Below, piece after piece: positions 1-15,068 of a stretch of DNA of 64,000 nt; the stretch's first letter is position 1; each line of letters begins with the position of its first letter. The notes beneath the pieces are model-generated. The model did no database searches, was not told where the DNA came from, and saw only the letters and a program-made list of their open reading frames with translations. Both the position numbers and the translations under genes were made by a program. The stretch lies in the NCBI RefSeq assembly GCF_009914755.1, contig NC_060927.1; one strand, given 5' to 3'. The DNA is from the human T2T-CHM13v2.0 reference genome, Homo sapiens.

Positions 1-99
1 GAAAAATTGTCACAGCAAAGATACAATACCTCAAGGTAGCAATGGTGAGACAGGAGGACACAAAATATGAGCTAACAATCGTCAGTAGAAAAAAAGAGA

Positions 100-700
100 G
101 AGAGAGAGAGAAAAGAAAAATCATAACATAAGGCAATATTTACATAGACATGGATAAAAAACATAGAGAATAATGAAGTGAAAATGTAAGGGTGTATAGA
201 GAAAATATGAGATAGGGAAGACAGTCAAAGGAGATATCACATGACTATAACTACTCCCAAGAAAAAAAATTATTCTTCCTAGAGAAAATATATTTAAATG
301 ACATATAAATTAGAAATGTTTCTGAAAGTAAAAAGTTGAATTTACAAATTGAAAGAGTATACTTGATGCCAGAAAAAAAATTATGTAGAGTTATAAGCAC
401 CAAAAAATATCCCAATAAAATTACTGGACTTAAAAAAAATAAAAAAGAATTCTGTCATCCATTAAAAAAGCAAACAACAACAACAAAAAACTTAGATTGT
501 CCTCAGACACACTGCCAGCAACATCATTCAACACCAGGATACAGTGGGGCAATACCCAAAGATTTCAAGATGGAAATAAACATTGAGATACAATATTACT
601 ATATCCAACAAACTATTGGTCTCAGGCCAACAGTGCTCTTGGGTCAAATATGGTATCTGGAAAATAGTAAATGGATCAATAAATGAATGAACTTTTTGAT
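100..700 (+). mobile_element. Ancient L1/HAL1-like ORF1 relic
   Basis: A-rich; translation NLQIERVY and the segment ttagattgtcctcagac...caccaggatacagtggggcaata resemble L1 ORF1 C-terminal motifs (QIERAH; IRL..D...ARRQW). Very degraded. Confidence 0.45.
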
Positions 701-924
701 AGCTTGTGTTAATTAATTTCATTCCCTATTAGAAATCCACAGGAGGGTATTAGCAAACTTAGTGATATGAGAGTAGAGCTCAGGAGGAAAGAGGTCACAT
801 TCAATATCAATTAGATAAAAGTATAAGCCAGGAAGTAGATACAAAGCTCAAGAAAAAAATCACAGCTTTCAAGAACAATGTCATTTTAGAACCAGATAGA
901 CAGTAATGGCACAAGCAAGAGTAG

Positions 925-1085
925 GATTTTTGACAGGCACTGTTGTAAATCCTCTATATTGGTCAACTCATTTTATTCTCACAAGAACTGTGTAAGTGGG
1001 GAATATTACTATTATTGCATCCATTTTACAGACGAAGAATCTGAGGCATAAATTTTTAAAGTCATTTGCCTAACATAGCTATTAG
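925..1085 (-). mobile_element. MIR SINE
   Basis: ccattttacagacgaagaatctgaggca matches the reverse MIR core; upstream caggcactgttgtaaat...ctcattttattctcacaag matches the MIR 3' part. Confidence 0.8.
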
Positions 1086-1149
1086 CTGCACATGCTGTAA
1101 TGAACAAAGTCCAGTTTCACATAGGCAATTGTTTCCAGTAAAGAAGAAG

Positions 1150-1400
1150 GACCATTAGGAGAATGCAATGCAAGGAAAAAGAGAATTTCAAGGCAATAAA
1201 ATAGACAGTAATGTCAGACATTGTAGAGAGGTCAAGCAGAATTTGGCAATTAGCTAGACTTTTATGATAGTTTAGAAAATAATCTCGGCAAGTACTGAAG
1301 GCAGAAACAGACTAGGGTGAAAAGAGTAAGTGTAGACAAGATAAATGAAACTGTAAGCACAGATAAATAATTAGAAGCATTTGACAGAGAAAAGGAGACA
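1150..1400 (-). mobile_element. L2 LINE fragment
   Basis: atgtcagacattgtagagaggtcaagcagaatttggcaa resembles antisense L2. Confidence 0.55.
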
Positions 1401-4124
1401 TGGATATCCCCCGAAATGTTCTGTATTTTCTGTCTTTTCTCTGTAAGGAAAGTCTGAACATTCAACCATTACTTTAACCTAATTGAGAACCACATCTTAA
1501 TAATATACATATATTAGGCATTCAAATTTTATCTCCTTGTCTTCAATAGTGTTTTATTGACTTGTAAGCCATGCAGCATATAAAGGAGAGCAGCAAAATG
1601 TAACATCAGCAGCTGTCTGGTTTTTCCTGGATTTGCCTTGCTACTTACTAGGCAAACCCATTTACAGGACTATTTTGCTTCCTTGTTCAAAGCTTTGGGG
1701 CTTTTTTTTCTTGTTCATGTTATAGTGTATGATATTGTTTACTTAGAATAGTGATCTCAGTAACTAAGCAACTAAAAATAAAACCCTGATGTTGAAAGAT
1801 ATCATACAACCCAAATAACATGCTGCAGAGTAATTAATTGTGCTTTTACTTAAATAAGAAATGGGGTTTTGAACTCTATTGCCTCCTCTTTGGTTACCTA
1901 GTGATATTGCCCAGTAACAGTCTGTCTTCCCAATCTGAGTCAAATAAATCAGGTCTGCATATGCTGCAGATTTCAAAATTGCAAATTTACACTGCAGAAT
2001 AGGTCCCTCAAGGCCATGATGGCACATATAAATAGTGATGACACATTCAGGAGGTTTAGGTACTTTTCTCCAGTAGTACAAAGGGAGCATCTTCTTTAAA
2101 AATGACAAAAATAGTCAGCCAGCTGTTGGAGTGCTTTTTGACCAGTTTCAAGATCATTTCTTTCTTTCCTTTGATGATGGCAGCTAGCTACCTTTCCTTA
2201 GCCATCTCCTCTTCTAAGTTTCTTACAGCATCTGGGAGTTGAACTAAGGAGAGATTTTGTGTTTGTGCTGTCACAAAACAATCTGTCACTACTCGGAAGC
2301 AGCAGAAAATATGTATATAAAGCATTATATATAAAAGAGGCTGTCCTACAGTTGGCAGGAGAGAGATGTGTGAACAGATACAAACAAGACTTATTATTCA
2401 TGCCAGCACTGTAAGACATAGATTTTTGTGAAATTGAACTCTGAGCAAATATCCCAGGCTACACAAACTGGTAGCAGAGGTTCTAAATTGGAATAAAGCC
2501 CCTACTGACTTTAGGCTCTTGATAGTATGTATGGCCTTCACCCATGCAGACATTTGTGAATAAATAAATATTCATTGCTATGAGTTTTCTATAAGAGCTA
2601 AGATAGTTAACTAGAATCTCCGAAAGGTAAGAATATTTAATCATCAACCATCTGGCCCCTCCTTAAACTCTCATGTATATAAGACTTTGTATATGGCTCT
2701 TGTGTTCATATGCACAACAATAAAAATTTGTATGCCACTTTCTTTCTATTAAAAAAAAAAGAATACAGGATTCCTGGGCAAGATGGCCAAATAGGAACAG
2801 CTCCAATATGCAGCTCCCAGCGAGACCAACACAGAAGGTGGGTGATTTCTTCATTTCCAACGGAGGTACCCGGTTCATCTCACTGGGACTGGTTAGAGAG
2901 TGGGTGCAGCCCACGGAGGGCAAGCAGAAGCAGGGTAGGGCATTGCCTCAACCAGGAAGTGAAAGGGGTTGGGGAACTCCCTCCCCTACCCAAAGGAAGC
3001 CTTGAAGGACGGTGCCATGACAGACAGTGCTTGCCAGCCCAGATACTACGCTTTTCCCACAGTCTTTGCAACTCCCAGACCAGGAGATTCCCTCGGGTGC
3101 CTATACCACCAGGGCCCTGGGTTTCAAGCACAAAACTGGGCGGCTGTTTGGGCAGACACAGACCTACTGGGCTAGCTGCAGGAATTTTTTTTCATACCCC
3201 AGTGAAGACTGGAACCCCAGTGAGACAGAACTGTTCACTCCCCTGGAAAGGGAGATGAAGTCAGGGAGCCAAGTGGTCTTGCTCAGAGGATCCCACCCCT
3301 ATGGAGCCCAGCAAGCTAAAATCTACTGGCTTGAAATTCTTGCTGCCAGCTCAGCAGCCTGAAGTCGACCTGGGACACTCGAACTTGGTGGAGGGAGTGG
3401 CATTCGCCATTACTGAGGCTTGAGTAGGAGGTTTTCCCCTCACAGTGTAAACAAAGCCACCAGGAAGTTCGGACTGGGCGGATCCTACTGCAGCACCACA
3501 AAGCTGTGGTAGCCAGACCTCCTCTCTAGATTCCTCCTGTCTGGGTAGGGCATCTCTGAAAGAAAGGCAGCAGCCCCAGTCAGGAGCTTATAGATAAAAT
3601 TCCCGTCTCCCTGGGAAGAGCACCTGGGGGAAGGGGCAGCTGTGGGTGCAGCTTCAACTGACTTAAAAGTTCCTGCCGGCCAACTCTGAAGAGAGCAGTG
3701 GATCTCTCAGCACAGCACTTGAGCTCTGCTAGAGGAAAGACTGCCTCCTCTTTCCTGGGTGGGTCCCTGAGCCCCGTGCCTCCTGAAAGGGAGACACCTC
3801 CCAGCAGAGGTCGACAGACACCTCATACAGGAGAGCTGCAGCTGGCATCTGGCAGGTACTCCTCTGGGACAAAAGCTTCCAAAGGAAGGAGCAAGCAGTA
3901 ATCTTTGCTGTTCTGCAGCCTCTGCTGGTGATACTCAGGCAAATAGGGTCTAGAGTGGACCTCCAGCAAACTCCAGCAGACCTGCAGAAGATAGGCCTGA
4001 CTGTTAGAAGGAAAACCAACAAACAGAAAGAAATAGCATCAACATCAACAAAAACGGCGACCATGTAAAAACTCCATCTGAAGGTCACCAACAGCAAAGA
4101 CCAAAGGTAGATAAACCCATGAAG

Positions 4125-5148
4125 ATGAGGAAAAACCAGCACAAAAAGGCTGAAAATTCCAAAAAAACAGAATGGCTCTTCTCCTCCAAAGGATCACAAC
4201 TCCTCACCAGCAAGGGAACAAAACTGGACAGATAATGAGTTTGACAAATTGATAGAAGTAGGCTTCAGAAGGTGAGTAATAACAAAGTCCTCTGAGCTAA
4301 AGGAGCATGTTCTAACCCAATGCAAGGAAGCTAAGAACCTTGATAAAATGTTACAGGAACCGCTAACTAGAATAACCAGTTTAGAGAAGAACATAAATGA
4401 CCTGATGGAGCCGAAAAACACAGCACGAGAACTTCGTGAAGCATATACAGGTATCAATAACCGAATCGATCGAGTGGAAGAAAGGATATCAGAGATTGAA
4501 GATCAACTTAATGAAATAAAGCATGAGACAAGATTAGAGAAAAAGGAATGAAAAGGAACAAGCAAAGCCTCCAGGAAATATGGGCCTATGTGAAAAGACC
4601 AAACCTACATTTGATTTGTGTACCTGAAAATGACAGGAGAATGGAACCAAGTTGGAAAACACACATCAGGATATTATCCAGGAGAATATCCCCAACCTAG
4701 CAAGGCAGGCCAACATTCAAATTCAGGAAATACAGAGAGCACCACAAAGATACTCCTTGAGAAGAGCAACCACAAGACACATGATCTTCAGACTCACCAA
4801 GCTTGAAATGAAGAAAAAAATGTTAGGGGCAGCCAGAGAGAAAGGCTGGGTTACCCACAGTGGGAAGCTCATCAGACTAACAGCGGATCTCTTGGCAGAA
4901 ACCCTAAAAGCCAGAAGAGAGTGGGGGCCAACATTCAACATTCTTAAAAAAAGAATTTTCAAGCCAGAATTTCATATCCAGCCAATTAAGCTTCATAAGT
5001 GAAGGAGAAATAAAATCCTTTACAGTCAAGCAAATGCTGAGGGATTTTGTGACCACTAGGCCTGCCTTACAAGAGCTCCTGAAAAAAAGCACTAAATATG
5101 GAAAGGAACAGCTGGTACCAGCCACTGCAAAAACATATCAAAATGTAA
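4125..5148 (+). pseudogene. L1 ORF1p remnant (stops and frameshifts)
   Basis: ATG AGG AAA AAC CAG at 4125; ORF fragments TRITSLEKNINDLME..., QDIIQENIPNLARQANIQIQEIQR; ends ...caaaatgtaa at 5148. Confidence 0.9.
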
Positions 5149-5211
5149 ATACCATCGACACTATAAAGAAACTCCATCAACTAATGGGCAAAATAACCTG
5201 CTAGCATCATA

Positions 5212-9355
<4,144 letters not shown>

Positions 9356-9673
9356 ACAATGAGAACATATGGACACAGGGAAAGAAACATCACACACCGG
9401 GGGGCATGTCTGGGGGAGGGGATAAAGGGGAGGGATAGCATTAGGAGAAATACCTAATGTAGATGACTGGTTGATGGGTGTGGCAAACCACCATGGCACA
9501 TGTATACCTATGTAACAAACCTGCACATTCTGCACATGTAAAAAAAAAAGAAAAGAATATAATCTTTCTTTCTTTTTAAAATAATTTCCAGCACATTACA
9601 CAGTTTGGCATCTAATATGCTAATATGTACTCAGTAAACAAATGAAAAACCAACATTTCTCAACTCTGTCTGC

Positions 9674-9674
<1 letters not shown>

Positions 9675-9708
<34 letters not shown>

Positions 9709-9750
9709 CGTGTATATATATACATATACGTATATATGTATATATATGTA
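9675..9750. repeat. Compound (CT)n(TA)n microsatellite
   Basis: tctctctc... followed by interrupted tatata/tacg/tatg runs. Confidence 0.9.
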
Positions 9751-10300
9751 GTGTTAATTCTCTTCTAGTTGCACCAAAAGTAATGTCTTTTTTGTGACCA
9801 ACTTAATCTTCAGAATAGCCCCAAACACGTTATAAGATATACACTCATCTATTGTTTCCCATTGGGACCTTCATACAGTATAATTATGAAACTCATCTTT
9901 TTTTTTAACTACTTATTGGCCACCGCAGTCACCTTCTGATTACTCTCCACTCCACTCCCAATTTCAAACACAGCTTGTCTGATCCTCCTATTTTCAGGAC
10001 ACTACTATTAGTTTCTGCAATGCTCTGTCCTCTGTCTTTCAGGCTGCAAGAGGTTTCAAGATGGCCAAGATCATGGGCTAGGATAGGTGAGAGGGACATT
10101 GTGCAGGCCAATCCTGGAAAGCAGTACATAATTAACATCTACTTATGTGAAGCCATGGTCAGGCTCACCCTCTTACAAGGATTCATCAGAACCACTGCAT
10201 GTATTACTTGGGTATGTGGATTTAGCCTAAAGAAACAGAGTTTGTCTTGCACGTTACCTTATTTGAACTTAACATCATATAATTGATATTGTTGAATTGT

Positions 10301-10619
10301 TTTCTTTTCTTTTTCTTTTTATTTATTTATTTATTTGTTGAGATGGAGTTTCACTCTGTCACCCAGGCTAGAGTGCAGTGGCATGATCTCAGCTTACTGC
10401 AACCTCTGCCTCCTGGGTTTCAGCAATTGTCCTGCTTCAGCCTACTGAGTACCTGGGATTACAGGTGTGCGCCACCACACCCGGCTCCTTTTTATATTTT
10501 TAATAGAGACGGGGTTTCACGATGTTGGTCAGGCTGGTCTCAAACTCCTGACCTTGTGATCTGCCTGCCTCGACCTGCCAAAGTGCTGACACTACAGGCA
10601 TGAGCCACTGCACCCAGCC
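10301..10619 (-). mobile_element. AluS
   Basis: Full antisense Alu dimer with (tttct)/(ttta) tail, ends ...cacccagcc. Confidence 0.92.
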
Positions 10620-10714
10620 CGATTATTTTCTTTTATATATATAAAAAAATCTATGCTCAGCAGAACTTACACATAAAAATTATGAAGTGTTTTTAAACTT
10701 GTCATTCCAAGAAA

Positions 10715-11165
10715 GTTATTTAAGCTCTCTAAACTTGTGTTTTCTTTTCTGTAAAAGACTTATAATAGGCCGGGAGTGGTGGCTCACGCCTGTAATCCCA
10801 GCACTTTGGGAGGCCAAGGCGGGTGGATCATGAGGTCAAGCGATCGAGACCATCCTGGCCAACCAACATGGTGAAACCTCGTCTCTACTAAAAATACAAA
10901 TATTACCTGGGCATAGTGGCGCACACCTGTAGTCCCAGCTACTCGGGAGGCTGAGGCAGGAGAATCACTTGAACCTGGAGGGGGAGGTTGCAGTGAGCCA
11001 AGATCTTGCCACTGCACTCCAGCCCGGTGGACAGAGTGAGAGAAAAAAAAAAAAGATGTGTAATAATAGTATTGAACTCATAAGTTTGTCTGAAGACCAA
11101 AGAAGTTAATATATAAAGGTTTATTAGAAGAGTGTCTGACATAGAAATGTTAGCTGTTATTTTTT
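10715..11165 (+). mobile_element. MIR split by an AluSc
   Basis: taagctctctaaacttgtgttttcttttctgtaaaa before the Alu; taataatagtattgaactcataagttt...gtgtctgacatagaaatgttagctgttatt after it. Confidence 0.65.
10768..11054 (+). mobile_element. AluSc-like
   Basis: ggccgggagtggtggctcacgcc; gaggtcaagcgatcgagaccatcctggccaa; A tail; degenerate TSD aaaagacttataata / aaaagatgtgtaata. Confidence 0.92.
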
Positions 11166-11589
11166 TGTAGCATTAGTACTGTTGTTAATATTATTATGTT
11201 CTAGAGAAACAGCATTAACTTTACAAACATAGACTTTTCGATGATGTCTATATAAAGAGTTTATACAGTGGATTTTGATTTTAAACCCAAGTTGAAAAAA
11301 GAATACATACAACATTTCTATCTGAAAGGTGTTATTTTAAAAAGACCTTTCTCCTAGGCAGGTGAATAAAAATCTAACAATGCTGAATATCTGTGTCACC
11401 CAGATCAGGTAGTTATTATTAACTTTCAACATTTTCTTTACAGCATTCTCAGGTATGACTCCTAATATTTTAAGATTTATCAGAGTGATTTTTGTGTGTG
11501 TGATTATGTAGGGCCAAATGTATCCTGGATGTAGGAAGTATGCCCAACTTTGTATCCTTTCTTTTTATAATTTGACACACAATTATGCC

Positions 11590-11985
11590 TGCTCTCACTT
11601 ATTTGTGGGAGCTAAAAGTGAAAACAATTGAACTCATGGAGATAGAGAGTAGAAGAATGGTTACCAGAGGCTGTGACTGGTAGTGAAGGAGTGGGAAAGA
11701 AGTGGGGATGATAAATGGTTACAAAAAGAGAAAAAATGAATAAACCTAGTGTTTGCTAGTACAACAGGGGTGACTAGAGTCAAAAATAATTTAATTATAC
11801 ATTTTAATATAGCTAAAAGAATATAATTGAATTGATGTAACACAAAGGATAAATGCTGGAGGTCATGAATACCCCATTTACCCTGATGTGATTATTATGC
11901 ATTACATGCCTCTATCCAAATCTCATGTACCCACAAATATATACACCTACTTCGTAATTACAAAAATTAAAAATAAAAAATTTGT
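11590..11985 (+). mobile_element. L1MA-type 3' end
   Basis: ctcacttatttgtgggagctaaaa...gaactcatggagatagagagtagaag...ccctgatgtgattattatgcattacatgcc then A-rich tail. Confidence 0.85.
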
Positions 11986-12820
11986 AAAAAGGAATGTGGC
12001 ATGGATTGTGTCAAAATACTATGAGATCATTCACATTTAAGTTTTATATTTTTAATTCTAAATGATTTCATCTCTACTAATAGATTAAATTTGAGGCAGA
12101 AGGTGGCATTTTCAGGCTTTTTTATAAAACTTGCTCCTCAAAATATACTTTTCTATCCTCAGCAGGAAAAAGGCAGTCATAAGTTCTTCAACTTAGCCTG
12201 TCTTTAACTCTGCCCCCTGAATTCATAAGAGTAAAAAAGAGCTGATTTTAAGCTACCTGTGAAGTGGGCAAAGTATGTCTTTAGTACCAGATAAGTGCTG
12301 TTTCGCTAAATGGGCAAGTTCTTTATCTGTCTTTATACACCTACAATGTTATCTGCTCTGGTCTTCAGCTCTAAGTCAAGGATTCCACACACGCACAGGC
12401 TGTAGAATCTTCCCTGGGCATATGTGCCTGCTCCCAGGACAGACCTCATGTGTCCACTGGCACAGAGGCTTGCCCCATGGAACCTGCCCTGTGTTACTCA
12501 TCTAGCCACTGATTCCATGGGCAGTCAGGCCTCTCCTGGTCTTTGACAATACCTATTCATTCTTCACTACTGCCATTAATAATAAAAACTGTATCTTAAG
12601 TTGCCAAGCTGTTGAAATTGTCCAGCCCTGGCAATCTTGTTGAACGTGTTTGAGGTCGGTTTTCCTGCATGCACTGCCCACATCTGGCACACAGACAGTG
12701 TTCTGAAAGCCTTTGTCCCAAGAAACTTTAGAGATGCAGATTTTCTAGTTCTTTCAACCCTCTACAATCTACCATCAGAGAAGTTATAAGGTGTCTCATC
12801 TTTTGTGAATAGATTTATCT

Positions 12821-13441
12821 GGCCTGGTATGATGGCTTGTGCCTATAATCCCAGCACTTTGGGAGGCGAAGGTGAGAGGATAGCTTGAGGCCAGAAGTTT
12901 GAGACCAGCCTGAAAAGCACAGTAAAACCTGTCTCCTCAAATAATAATAATAAAGTAGCCCGGTGTAGTGATGCATGCCTGTAGTCTCAGTTACTTGGGA
13001 GGCTGATATGGTTTGGCTCTGGGCCCCACCCAAATCTTATCTTCAATTCCCACGTGTTGTGGGAGGGACCCAGTAGGAGATAATTGAATCATGGGGGCAG
13101 GTTTTTCCTGTGCTGTTCTTGTGATAGTGAGTAAGTCTCATGAGATCTGTCACTTTTATAAGGGCAAGTTTCCTTCCACAAGCTCTGTTTTTTTGCCTGC
13201 TGCCATCCATTTAAGGTGACTTGCTCCTCCTTGCTTTTCGCCATTATTATGAGGCTTCCCCAGCCACATGGAACTGTAAGTCCATTAAACCTCTTTCTTT
13301 ATTAATTTGCTCAGTGTCAGGTATGTCTTTATCAGCAGCGTGAGAATTAACTAATACAGAGGCTAAGGCAGTTAGCAACTGCACCCCAGTCTGAGCAACA
13401 GAGCAAGACTCTGCTTCTGAAAAAAAAAAAAAAAAAAAAAA
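12821..13441 (+). mobile_element. AluJ interrupted by a THE1 solo LTR, right arm partly deleted
   Basis: Left arm gaggatagcttgaggccagaagtttgagacc; right arm broken at ...cttgggaggc, resumes at 13359; long A tail to 13441. Confidence 0.88.
13004..13358 (+). mobile_element. THE1 (ERVL-MaLR) solo LTR
   Basis: tgatatggtttggctct...ctaataca termini; 5-bp TSD gaggc at 12999-13003 and 13359-13363. Confidence 0.93.
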
Positions 13442-13844
13442 GATTTTTCAGATGTGATCAGATGAGAGTCAGACTCTAATCCACCAAGCTCCAGGGATAT
13501 ATATGTAATACTTGACTTGGGAGACAAGGGTTCACCATTCCTCCTCCATGGCTAGAGCACTTTGGGAGGGAGAAAATATAAAGCATATTGATAGTTCTTT
13601 TTAAAAACCCCTTTTTAAAATCCATCTTGACATTTAGAAATACTTAGATACTGATAAGTATCAATAAATAATACTAATAAATAATAAAAAAACTTAGATA
13701 TTGATAAGGGGTTAGTAAGGAGTTAATTCATAAACTCGAATTGGCTACCTCCTGGCCAACACTTACATGATGGCCCCTCACTGAATTTTGAAGTGTTTTA
13801 GGGGTTCCAACAAAGCTGAGATTAAAATAGTTTTTGTTCATGTG

Positions 13845-14196
13845 TTTTTTCTTTTTTCTTTTTCTTTTCTTTTCTTTCTTTCTTTTTTTTTTTTTTTTCT
13901 TTTTGCAACAAGGTCTCACTCTGGTAGCCCAGGCTGGAGTGCAGTGACACAGTGGCACAATCTCAGCTCACTGCAGCCTCGATCTCCTGGGCTCAAGTGA
14001 TTCTTCCACCTCAACCTCCTGAATAGCAGGCACTACCGGCATGTGCCACCATGCCGGACTAATTTTTTTGTGTTTCTGGTAGAGGTGAGATTTTACTATG
14101 TTGCCCAGGGTGGTCTCGAACTCCTGACTCAAGCAATCTGCCTGCCTTGGCCTCCCAGAGTGCTGGGGTTACAGATGTGAGCAACTGCACCCAGCC
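13845..14196 (-). mobile_element. AluJ
   Basis: cagcctcgatctcctgggctcaagtgat; long T/C tail; TSD taaaatagttt on both sides. Confidence 0.9.
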
Positions 14197-15068
14197 TAAA
14201 ATAGTTTGATTTCAAAATAATATTAAGAATGCATAAAATACTATGGAAGTAGTAAAAGGAGACATCACTTTTGTTACATGAAACTCAAAAAGTTTACTGG
14301 CCAAATTGTCCAGAAAAATCCCACAGAAATTGAGATTTCATTGACCTTCAGGAAACTATGCTTTTTAAATAACAAGGCTATGGAAAGGATAGTGATTAAT
14401 GGAATCTGAAGTAAATAATTGTAGCTTTTTCAAATATCAGTTGAAAGCATTATTTAAAAGGAGTCTTCCAAGTTTTGCAAAGATTTCTTCACATCCCTAT
14501 GCCTATAATGACTACAAGATCAATTACTAGCAAAAGAAGACACAAAACTGTTAAGTGTATTTAGATTTTGTTTTCCACCAGTTCTGTGCAATATATTTTT
14601 TCATAAGATTTAAATTCAAAATAAGCTAAGTGTGTGTACAGAGGACCAATGGTAAAGAAATCACCAAATTAAAAAAAAAGAGACAAAATTATTAAGACTC
14701 AACCTGTGCATCACCCATGCTTAAGCTGCTATCTGCTTTACTGAACAGTTGTTTCTTCTTTCAGCAACACTAATATTGTTCACCATGCAAGGAATATTGG
14801 TTTCTCTCCATTTATGTATTTGTTTCCCACTACAGATTAGAAACTTATTTATTTATTTATTTATTCCATAGGTTATTGGAGTACAGGTGGTGTTTGTTTA
14901 CATGAATAAGTTCTTTAGTGGTGATTTGTGAGATTTTGGTGCACCCATCACCCGAGCAGTATACACTGTACGCTATTTGTAGTCTTTTATCCCTTGTCTG
15001 CCTCCCACCCTTCTGCCCAATTCCCCAAAGTCCATTGTATCATTCTTATGCCTTTGCATTATCATAGC

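Noticed and set aside
2290-2635. TATAAAAG (2330-2337) plus donor AAG|GTAAGA (2627) as a promoter/first exon
   Set aside because: Such motifs are frequent by chance in AT-rich DNA; no CpG enrichment or partner exon seen.
2710-3258. 182-aa ORF and overlapping frames
   Set aside because: Chance frames in the GC-rich L1 5' UTR; no recognisable protein.
10283-10603. Alu-derived ORFs (also 8606, 22638, 24592, 37716, 43379)
   Set aside because: Standard spurious Alu translations.
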